Of a stretch of 64,000 nt of DNA, positions 37,559 to 49,325 are shown piece after piece. The notes beneath the pieces are model-generated. The model searched no databases. It was not told where the DNA came from and was given only the letters and a program-made list of their open reading frames with translations. Position 1 is the stretch's first letter, and each line of letters begins with the position of its first letter. The stretch lies in the NCBI RefSeq assembly GCF_009914755.1, contig NC_060926.1, one strand, 5' to 3'. This DNA is from the human T2T-CHM13v2.0 reference genome, Homo sapiens. The position numbers and the translations under genes are program-made.

Positions 37559-40500
37559 GTATAAGAAAAAAATATTGTAGCTTCTCTTTCATTTGCTAGC
37601 TTCTCACATTTTTAATTTCTATTTTTAAGAATGTTTTGTGATGAATATTACACCCAAGTTTCTATATATAATTTATAAAGAAATATGCAAATATGAAAGT
37701 TACTAAAAATTTTTGTGCTGATAAGAATAAAAAATAAATGTTGCTGATATTTCTTGTTCTATTTCTATTTGGTAAGCAGTATATATTAATGTTTGCAGTT
37801 TGACACATATAGATTACATTTTGATTATAATAAGGGAAAGTGTTTTCAGTAATTTGGGTTAAAAGTTTTCCAAATAAGATACAGGTAAAATCAGATGTAA
37901 GAGCTATTCTGCATGAAATTGCCAAGTAATTGACAAGGTGAGTTTGTCTGCCCCAGCTGGCTTGTCACATCTACTCTTCTTTCTCTTCCTAGACACAGAT
38001 AACTATATACACTGTTTAAAAATTAGAACAATAAATGCAATATTTGTAAACTGGCCTATGATCTCTGACCTCTGGCCAGAATTATGTTTATAGCAGGTTG
38101 AGAGCAGAATTGAGACCACAGGTGACCATCCTGGCAAAAAAGTAGGTCACAGACTGAGACGTAAACCTTATTCCTTGATAAGGTAGGGTCAGAAACCAAG
38201 TTGGCCACAGAAATACTAATCAGAAAATATTTATATCTGTGGTTGCAGAAGTTATAGGAAATATATCCACACATATACTCTGTTTAGATAAAAATGCATT
38301 CTAAATTGGCAACCTGGATAGCTATGTGTGAAAAATAGTTTCTTCCTGAGATAGTTTGGGTTCAGCAATCTCCATGTCTGGAACATTAATCTTTTGCTAT
38401 GAGACCATCTCTGCTTAGCAAAAATCCATACACTGTAAAAATATATCCTTAAAACTCAATACGATTTAGCATTCAAAGCCTGTGTCTTTCACCTTAGCTT
38501 TTGGCTCACCTATTCATTGCAAATAACTTACAAAAGATCATATTTGTACATTTTTGTGAAATTACCTTTTGAAAGGATAACTCAACATGCAACTGAGTGA
38601 GAGGCCATCTGAAGATTAAGAGGGAGTCTAGAAGCAGGGCTGGAGAAATGCCCTCCCCTATCAGCAGAAACAGTTCAAACAGCCCCAGGAGGTGGCCTCA
38701 TGTGTTAGTCAAGAAGACACAGAGCTCTACAAAAGAAAGAAAGAAAACAGGTAGTTGCACCATGGGCTGGCAGAAGATGCCGGTGGCTTATTTTGGACCA
38801 GGGGTAGTCCATCTCCATCAGTCAGTCTGGAGAACGCCTTCCCTTCTAAAAATCACATTTCAAAAAAATAATTGGTCACATCATTGGCTGAATATATTTA
38901 CTGTGCGTAAGTCATCTGGTACTGAGAAGAGGTAGCCAAAGGTTACTGTTTAGAGTCATTTTTTATAGAAAAAATATTTGCTCAAAGGATAATTAAAAGA
39001 AAAGGAAAGGAAAGAAAGGAAGAAAAGGAAATAAAAAGAAAGATATTTCAAAATCAAATAAATTAATTTCAGCTTACCCTGGAAAATCTAATTTCTTTCG
39101 GTAATATTCCTCTCCAGTTACATGAGAGTTGATGATAAATAATTTGGGTGTTTTCATGAAGTATAGCATATCTAATAAGCTTCTGAGTAGTGTCCTAAAT
39201 TCCTGGAAACACTGTCAAATACTATGTATCACACATGTTAACAAGGGCTTACTTATTCATGTACATATGAATCAGGAAGGTTAGGCAGTCCCTTACAGGA
39301 TTTTAAGCTTTAAAAATGAAATAAAAAACAACTCAGAACAACACTGAAAAGGCCTGCTCTGGTTGGCCAGTGAGTATCACAAACAAACAAACATTTTTCT
39401 TATTGTAACCTCACACAGCACCCCAGTCCACTACTCCAACCTCTTCCTTCTAAGCAGCTGTTCTAGACAGGTGTCCTGGCTGTAACAGTCTTCCTCAGGC
39501 AGGATCCCTGTCTAAGACAGGTAAGGACCACAGCCTTACCTGTCTGCACAACTATGTACTCCTCAAAGATAGTTAAAGATCCTCTTATCTATTTCACAGT
39601 CTAATTATAAATCCCATTTGCCATCATCAAGTGGTGATTGTAGATTCACCAGTAGAGTTCAGTGTTTCTCTAATAACTATCTAGCTAGGGAAAAGTTTAG
39701 TATTCTGATTTCAGCACAGTCAGAAAGAGCAAATATTGAACTCAGCAGCTCAAGTTGAAGAAAAGACATTGCTCTCCTTAATAAATGCTTTTTATTAGTA
39801 TCAGGCTGTCATTCTTTCTCACAGATACCCTTCTAATCCTTCCTTTTGCACATGGTCTTTTTTCATCATATTATGTTTATCCATGTAGTGAACATGTCTC
39901 TCTCCCCTACTTATTAACAGACTCTTTTAGTCAAGCAAGTGATTTCATTCTTTCTTATTACCAGCTTACTGCAAAACACACACATAAACATATACACACA
40001 ACAGTGCAGACAAATGTTTCTCGCTTAAAAATATATATATATATATTTAAAATAATTTTGTGAACCCTGCATTTTGATGTTTAATTTGATTCCATTCCTG
40101 ATATTCAGACTTACGAACTTTCTTTTTTTCAGGTTCTACCATTTTCTTGTTGTTAGGAAGTAGCTTGGACAAGTTCACGCAGAGGAAAGAATCAGGCTTT
40201 CTGTTTCTATGGTCCTTCTCTCCTTCACATTCTGACTGGACATGTGACCTTGACATTTCTCACTGCTCAGTGATTCCAGATCTCCTACAGAAAAGTTTTG
40301 CTCCTACTAATTCTGTTTCTAGAAAGTACATCAATACTTTATTCCAAATCAGACACTCTCCATAATATACTAATAGCATTCATTTAGACCTTAAACCCAA
40401 ATCTAACCAAGAATTTTGCACAGCATCATCTGGAAATAACAGTTTCTCATCTAACTAGATGTGTTTGTAATTAGACAGCCCAGATATACATAGCATTAAA

Positions 40501-41619
40501 TGATAAGGAGAGTAGAGAGGAGACTTCAGATTTAAGTGTGTTGTTTCATTCAGAATTCTTGATATGTTGCTAATAATTTAAATGTGCTTCACATGCATGG
40601 AATGACATTAAGTCTATCACTCTATCATCACCAAATATAAATGATCAAATGGTGATGATTTATCTACTACTGCTAATCTTTTATTCCATGTATCATTTAT
40701 TTTAAAGGTTTTTAAAATATAAAGTAACAAATATTCTTGCATAAAGCTCACAGTGACATCATAGAAAAAAGTTGGCAAGGAGATATTTATTACACCTCAG
40801 TATGGTATTTGTATTGATGAGTACCCACTTTGAGTCCAGAATATCTGCTCTTATATCCTAACCTCACTGGTTGGATTAAATTTCAGACATACAGCTCTGT
40901 CAGCCTTCATAGTCACAATAGAAGTATTCGTATTTAAAATTCAAGAAATTTCTGGCAACCAATATGAACAGATTGCTAATTTTTTTTACCCCCAAGGAAT
41001 TTGCATTATTCATATGTTATGTTAAAAAGTATGATTTTCAGTCATCTATTTTCTGTTCTCATTTGCTAGTGTTAATAGATACAATGTTATTTGTTTATTT
41101 TGTGAGTTTATTTCCAACAAGGAACAGCTTTCTCACATTTCTCCATTAAATAGGAATAGCAGAACATACAGTCATATTTCATACTGTGATAGGCAACTTT
41201 AATGGTCATCTGCTTTATCTGATCAACATGGTCTGGCACATGTATCTGCCCTGAATAATGTGCTATAACTAACAGAGAAAGATCTAATCCCCAAACCCAC
41301 TTCACTGGGTGATGAACAGTTTCCCCTTCTCCAATATTGTGCTTTAATCTGACACCTGGGAACTTCATCAATTTTTTCCAAAGCCATACCATTTTTTTTC
41401 TTACTTTCCAGAAGATAGTAATTAGGGTTGTGAAATTAGTATTGCTCCAGGTCCCCATATTTTGTTACTCACCAACAATGTGTCTTCAGGCAATTCACTT
41501 ACTTAGTCTCTCTGAGCCCAGATCTTCATACCTGGACTGTGTATGATGATATCTGCTGTATGAATTGATGGTGAAGTCTAAAAAGAAAATATATGAAAGT
41601 AATTTATAAAATGCTAAGT

Positions 41620-41622
<3 letters not shown>

Positions 41623-41652
<30 letters not shown>
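41623..41652. repeat. (TA)n microsatellite
   Basis: About 15 perfect units. Confidence 0.95.
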
Positions 41653-41655
<3 letters not shown>

Positions 41656-42029
41656 ATTCAAGTAGGTAAAAAATATTGTATGAGTATGTCACTTATCTAG
41701 AGAGATCTTTAAGATTCTATCTTGGAACACAACAGGAACTGGGAGAATATCCCTTGCCTACGGCCAGCAAATTCGAGAACATCGAAACTCATGCATTCTG
41801 GTCATAAGAACCTGTGCACAAACCTGGGGTGGCTGAGGAGCATGAAAAATGAATTACAAAGTCAATCTGTATGAATCAAAATAGAAAGGAAAGTGGACAT
41901 ATGAACTAGTGGTAATTCATGTAGGAAAACAGAAAATGGGTTGAGAAAATAAAGCCAAAATTTTTAAAATTGTGAAATGAGAACTGGGAGAAATTAATTT
42001 CCAGGAGAACAGACAGTTGTAAAATTGCT

Positions 42030-42373
42030 AGTACTGTGTCAGCAATGTAGAACAACAGATGTTTTAAATTCCTGGGCTTCTGTTTTGAAAGCTGGTGGTA
42101 CTTGCTACTTAAGTGGCACTATGGCCTTGAGATGGCGTTCATAAGCAGCCTTTTCTGAAGCATCTCAGATGCTGACCCTATGAGCTTGAGCAATCAGTCA
42201 CACTCTGTACCAAATGGTGGCCTTTGAATATTGTGTTCTGGCATGTGCTCTCCTTTCCTCCCTGCTCCATTCCTTCCTCACTCTTGCCCCCTGGGACTGC
42301 ATGCACTAAAAATGTAGCAGCAGATTTAAAAAATGTAACCATATGATTTCACTGGGGAACCTTACCTAAGAGA
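42030..42373 (-). mobile_element. Possible old MLT1 (J/K/L-like) LTR relic
   Basis: Terminal 'ggggaaccttacctaagaga' resembles the antisense MLT1J/K end; the rest is highly diverged. Confidence 0.35.
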
Positions 42374-43936
42374 GTGAATATGAGGGAAAGGATAGGGTTC
42401 TTCCAGGACAAGGGCTGGGGTAGGTCCAGCCTGCCAATATTGAGAAGTTAAGGAGTGAGGGCAGGTGAGGCGAGGCTCTTGGTTCACCTGACTTACTGCA
42501 GAATTAGGCTGCCAGGGGAGTGTTGAATACTATAAAATATCTCTTTCTTGCCTCTACATACTTTCCCCTCTCATTGATTAGAATAAGGAGTTTGATAAGA
42601 ATCTATTGCAAATTTATCCTTCCAACAATACCCAAGCAGTACTAGCATCAGCGATTCTTCTGAAAAAGTGCTTCAGATTTTTATTTCAACCGCATTTGGC
42701 AGGATGAGTTTGGGGACACATCTAGAAAAGGTAGTTTGAAAAATGTCAAATCTATTATCTCTTCCAGTTCTGTAATCTAAAAGTAGTACTTTAAATACCT
42801 AAGTGACTTGAAAACCTATTAGCATGAAGGAGAGAAATTAGCTTATTGGCTCTAAAATTGGAGCAAAGCTCAGTATGGAAAATCTCTGCTATCTTCCTTT
42901 TTTTTTTTTCTGTTTTTTTGTTTCCTGAGTGCTAAAGTTGTCATTACTAGAGAATTGTATGCCCATTTTTGAAAGAGCAAATTTCCACAATGATTTAAGT
43001 GATAAGGAATAACCACTATGAAGTGGTAACTTCATAATAGTCCCCAAATCGCGTACATGGAATGGAGTAGTCTACTAATCTATTTAATTGCCACACCTTT
43101 CCTTTTTAAATTTTTTTCTCTCATTATCAAGGAAATTTATAGACAGGCTTGAATCTAAAAGTGTTTTAGCTTTAAACCTGTTGAACTTACCTATGCCCAA
43201 TCAACAAATTCTAAGCTACCCACACATAAAGAGGAGAAACACGGCAGAAATGGTCATATATCCCATTTTCCAAGGTGCTTATGAATGTTGAACATTTCTG
43301 TCATTCTGCTCTAAAAGTGAGACCAGATGTCCCTGAAAAGTTCTGTCCAATAATTTTCAGTGGGATAAAAAGCTTTACCCACATCCTTATTGCTTTTTTG
43401 CTTGTCAAGTGAGAAGTACTGAAAATCCAGGGTGGGTGAAAAAGTAAGTGCACATATCTTTTGTGCAGTTACCAATTCTCTCTCCCTCACTTTCCTCAAG
43501 ACAGTAGCTTGTCAGCAACCCTCTTACCCTCAACCACTTTCTTAGGTCTGGTAAAAACAGCTGTTGGGATGACATGTAGCATTTCGTTTCTGCTCATTTC
43601 AAATTTTATTCTGTCTTCGTTTGTTAATTTGATCACATTACTGAGACTTCGGCACAGACTCTTTCACAGTTCCCATTATCTGTCCGTGGTGCTAATAACA
43701 TATGGTAATATTTTTCTAATTATGCTCCCTGCAAAATACCAAAAGCTGTAATCCTCATCTGGTCACTATGTGCAATGCAACCTATCCACACTTTTTTCTA
43801 ACATACAAAAACACTTAATATAGGTATAGACTTAACATGCAGTGTGTCTCCACAGACACATGAGTAACTCTGCCTGATACTGTACTGTTACTCTCTCTGT
43901 ATTACTCTTTTTCACCTGTTTGAAATTGTTTATTTT

Positions 43937-44330
<394 letters not shown>

Positions 44331-44727
44331 TTATATCCAGATATAGTATAATTTCTACTATTTTATGGTACATCTTGAACTGACAGACTCGAGAAACTTT
44401 ATTATCTGTGCCAAAACAGTAAATTCTGCAACTATACCTCATTCCCCCCATTTACTCTAGTGTCTTTTAATACTAACTTAGAGATTTTACTTTATCAGGC
44501 TGTGGTTATCTCATCTTTTTTATTCACACTCAGCTCTAGTTTTGTTGCATTTACTCAAGCACGTCAAATATTTCTTTGTGTTAAAATAAATGATATAAAG
44601 TAGGAAGTCAGGGAGCCCCCCACAAGTATCATAATCACCTATGAACAATAGTCTCAATATAGCTGGTAGGATCCTTCCACATCTCTGATAGGTGCCAGAT
44701 GGTATTTCTATAGATCAACATAAACTA

Positions 44728-45209
44728 CAACTGACCCTTGAACAACAACATGGGTTTGAACAGCACAGGTCCACTTATGCATGATAAAAGTTATGTTGAG
44801 TATGCCTGTCTCTGCTGCTTCTCCTTCTACCTTCTTCACCTCTGCCAGCCCTGAGATAGCAAAACCAACCCCTCTTCTTCCTCCTCCTCACCCTACTTAA
44901 TGTGAGGTGATGAGGGTGAAGATCTATATGAAGATCCCACCTCCACTTAAAGAATAGTAAATATATTTTCTCTTCCTTATGGTTTTCTTAATAACAATTT
45001 GTTTTTTCTAGCTTACTTAATTGTAAGAATACAATATATGATGCATATAACACAAAAATACATGTTTTACAATTGTTTATGTTGTCAGTAAGGTTTCTGG
45101 TCAATAGCAGGTTATTAGTAGTAAAGCTTTTAGGGAGTCAAAATTTATACACAGATTTTTGACTACAAGGTTGGCGCCTCTAACCCCTGCATTGTTCAAG
45201 GGTCAACTG
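44728..45209 (+). mobile_element. Tigger2a (MER28) non-autonomous element, complete
   Basis: TA|CAACTGACCCTTGAACAA ... TTGTTCAAGGGTCAACTG|TA: TIRs and TA target duplication on both sides. Confidence 0.92.
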
Positions 45210-45299
45210 TAGTAGGACATCAGAAAGTGAGTATGAAGGGATTATCCTTTTATGTTTTTTAAACCTTCTTGGTAACTGGGCATATGGATCAAATAATTT

Positions 45300-45360
45300 G
45301 TGTATATAAATGTATATATATATACACACACACATATATACACATACATATATATATATG
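45300..45360. repeat. Mixed (TA)/(CA) microsatellite
   Basis: Direct reading. Confidence 0.85.
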
Positions 45361-45869
45361 TTTTACATTTAGCTTTGTTAATCACTCTCTTGGCTTTATT
45401 TCAGCAGAGCTCAAACATAGCTCAATATAGTGTAAAAGATCATTCTTTCTGACTTTGTAATAAAATCTCTGTCCTGCAGTTATTCGTAAAACAAGAAATT
45501 AAGATTTTTCAAAATAAATAGAAATAAAGGAGATTAAATGTAACAGATATCAATTGTGTAGAGACAAAGAAAGTGTATGAATGGATCATTGATCAGCGAC
45601 AAGATGAGAAAGAACATCCAGAACGTACTTAGAGGGCACAGAAAACACACACACACACACACACATTTTAAGCCACTGCAAGATACTATTGGTTAAAGAG
45701 GCTATCGGATCTCATTAATATAATGCACCAATGAGGTTAGTGAACAAAAAATATGTACTAAGGATATTTTTTTCTGTGAAGATTGATACATTTATTTTCA
45801 TGGTGTAATAAAATATTAAAGTTTTTGTTTTTAGTTATGCTAAAGAATAAATTCATTTCAGTTAGGTGC

Positions 45870-46010
45870 TATTGTCTGGTTTCAGTTCCTTAATTCATAA
45901 GCTGTATACTACTCTAGAAAAGCTATACAAACTTTATGACCATTAGTTTTTTCCTCTATAAAATGAGGAGTTTAGGGCTAAATCTATTATAGCTAAGATT
46001 CTCCCCAGCT
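45870..46010 (+). mobile_element. MIR-family fragment
   Basis: 'agttttttcctctataaaatgaggagttt...ctaagattctccccagct'. Confidence 0.5.
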
Positions 46011-46011
46011 T

Positions 46012-46392
46012 TTTTAAAATAAAGTTTTTATTTTAATATAGTTTCAACTTACAGAAAAATTGTCAAGATAGTACAGACAAATCTTACATATCTCACGCCC
46101 ATTTCCCCTATTATTAACATCTTACATTGAGATGGCACATTTGTCACAATTAATGAACCAATACTGATACATTATGTTTAGCTGAAGTCTGTATTTTATT
46201 CAGATTTTCTAACTGTATGCCTAATATCTTTGCGTGCTCCCAGATCCCATCCAAGATACCACCACATTGCCTTGGTTGTCATGTCTCCTTAGACTCCTCT
46301 TGACTGTGAGTTTCTCAAACTTTCATTGTTTTTGATGACCTCGTTAGTTTTGAGGAGTACTGCTCAGTCATTTTGTGGAACAATTCTCAACT
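46012..46392 (-). mobile_element. L1MC (L1MC3/4-like) 3' end, antisense
   Basis: 'acagaaaaattgtcaagatagtacaga...cccctattattaacatcttacatt...aattaatgaaccaata'; same family as 22273-23353. Confidence 0.8.
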
Positions 46393-46857
46393 CATACGCC
46401 TATGTTTTAAAAATAATCCTATATAGGCTTTCTTTGTAAAATAATGCTTGGCACATGGCAAGTAATTACTAGCACATGAATGAATGAAAAACTAGATATT
46501 TCATTTATTTGAAGGAACTAATATATTCATAATAGGCATAAAGTATTTCTTTGGTCTGGATGGTCAATACCCATATTGACACTATGTTATTCCAGTGTTA
46601 CAAAAATAAAACTGAAATATTTGTTTTTTTTCTTTCCCAGTCAAATTGAGCAACATCTTAGAAAGAGACTAATTTAGGATTTTAAAGAGAAAAACTATCA
46701 TTCGGAGGTATCTCATGGTAATAGAAATGGAAATATGGGAAAATAAAGGGATTCTAAAAAATACTGAGTGATTTCCAAAACATTGCATTCATATCATCCT
46801 ATTTGTCCACACAATCAGTGGAAGGAATGCAAATATGGATAAGGGAAAAGTAAAAAA

Positions 46858-46896
46858 TATATATATAGTGTGTATATATATATATATATATATATA
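46858..46896. repeat. (TA)n microsatellite, interrupted
   Basis: Direct reading. Confidence 0.9.
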
Positions 46897-49159
46897 CACA
46901 AAAAAAAGACAGAGGATACAGTACTCCATTGGAATCAGAAAAGAAATGAAATTAGATTATTCTGCCTATAGGGCAACAATGTGTTGGTAATGGAGTTATG
47001 CTAAACATAACCTTTCCCTAACCTTTATTCAAGGTAGTAGCTGAAAATTCTCTTTTCACACATAATTTCATCATGCAATTACCTCAGAGGAAAAAGGATA
47101 ACAAATACAACCTTGACAATGAAATTTTTTGAAGCAGCCTTTTCTCTTTCTAAAAATCTAGGTCCAGTAGATATAATTTTAGATTAAATACAATGCTAAA
47201 TTCTCTGACAAGAAAATGGACAATTGCTATGCAGGTTAACAATATATTGATTCATTTACTTTTCCCAATTCAAAAACGTGATAGCTCTTTACAGAGCATT
47301 TGGTTGCAATCACTATTATTTCAATTATGAGCTTAGCTGGGTAATAAAACAATAGGCTTTTCCTCAGTAGACTACTATTCAGTTTGTGTAATTTAAGTAT
47401 TAAGTTTAAAGGAAAAAGGAATTTGCTCTTTTTTCAGTTCTTTCAGGCTGCTATATTTTACCATAATACAACAAACTAATAATTATCAATCCTTAAATGC
47501 CTTTCGTTGCAAATTAGTTTTAGGAAAGCAATTTAAAACTTTCTTCATTTTTCTCAGTAGACCACAAGATAATATTCTTTTAATTGCAGGGATTAGAATG
47601 CCTGATACTTTCCATTTTTAGTACAACATATTGACTTTTGCAGTAATTATTCCATTTTGTACTTTTCTAGAGATATTTACTTCATTGCTACTCTATTTCA
47701 GATAAACTAAGGAGCACAGATTCTTATTCATCCAACAAAAATTATTGAGAGTTCTCGTTGTGCCATGATTAAAAGTGCTTATAAGAGATACAAAGAGGTG
47801 AAAGGTATGTTTTCTAACCCCTCAATTGGACTCTCAGAGGCTAATACAGCAGAAGAGATAATCTGCACCATTATAGCAGAGTACCTCTTGCTTTATCTAC
47901 ATATGTGGCTTTTCTCTGAGTGCATGCAGCTAATGCTACTTAATACCCGAGGGAAAGAAAAACAGAATGAAAAATCTATATTAATTCTTAATACGAGTAA
48001 ACTCAGCTGGCTCAATTATAATTCACTAATTATTTTGAACAAATATAAAATAACAGGAAATGCAATAAAAGTAAAGCATAAAGGAATAATTTGGACCTGA
48101 AGATGTTGATTTTCTGGGGAAACTAAATTTTTACCTATTAAACAATATGAAAAAGAGACTAATAATTCAATTAGGATCCAAGAAAATGGGTAAATTCTTA
48201 TGATCCCAGGTTTGTGAGGAGAGTTTTCCTAGAGGCAATGATATGAACTAAGTGGTTTTATAATTGGAAATAATTATGATCAAAATGCAGAAATGTCTTC
48301 TCCTCTTCATAAGTGAGCTTTTAGGAAAACAGGTTTTGTAATTCAGTAATGCAGTAGGAAGGTACCCCAGGTCAGAGCTATGCCAAAATACAGCTTATGA
48401 TTAAAGAAAATCTGAGAATTGAAAGAAGTGCTTTGGATCAAGAAAGAGTAAGTGGAAATAGCAAGCATCCAAATATAAACAAGGGGAAGTTTTAAAGTTA
48501 ATAGTTTGAGGTTGACGTGAGCATAAGTGTAGCGTTCTAACTGAGATCATAAATGGGGGTAGGAGTGAGTGAGGTAGAAGAGTCTTTAGAAGATGGGAAA
48601 GTAGAGCAATCATTAACAATGATGTGTCCAAAAAGAGCATTTTGTTATTAAGAATTCACAGGGAAGGTTGCATGCTCACTCACACACAAATAGTTTAATC
48701 ACTTAAGCTGATAAATAAAACAATTAGCATAAGATTAATTTTGACACTGTGTCAACCACTGGTCTTTAACCACTGAAAAATCTAACATGTAAGTGACAAA
48801 ATGAGATTAGCACCTTTATTCTTGCTAAATATCCGTGGTCCATGATGATTCAAAATGGCAGCAACTTATAATGTCATGCAACTCTGATCTCTAGAAAGCT
48901 TTGGGATGCTAATTGTAAGGCCAAAACTGATTTTCTTTCTCATTGGAAGGAAGTTTTTACATAGTGAAAAGTAGATACAACACGATAAATAGAATATGAA
49001 ACCAAAATCAAGGGATTAAGCATGAGAGGAAAGCAAATCTGATATAATAAGGAACACAATCTGAGATTTGCTTTTATAGGAAAAGCTCAGCAGCTCAGAA
49101 CTCTCCAGAAAGCAAAGTAACCATAAGACTCAAAAAGCCCTGATTTGTTGCTTACTGTC

Positions 49160-49325
49160 ATATGTCCTTGAGGAAGTTATTTATCTCTGTGAGTCTCAGG
49201 TTCTTTATATATTAAAGGAGATTAAGATAACAGATCATTTCATTTGAGAATAAAACAGGAAAAATATACAAGAAAGTGCTTTACACTGATGTCCAAGCAT
49301 TTGATAAACATTTAATAAATGAATG
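49160..49325 (+). mobile_element. MIR
   Basis: 'tgtccttgaggaagttatttatctctgtgagtctcaggttcttt...aaagtgcttta'. Confidence 0.65.

Noticed and set aside
38597-38935. 112-aa + strand ORF in unique sequence
   Set aside because: Non-ATG start, no recognisable domain and no supporting splice or promoter context.
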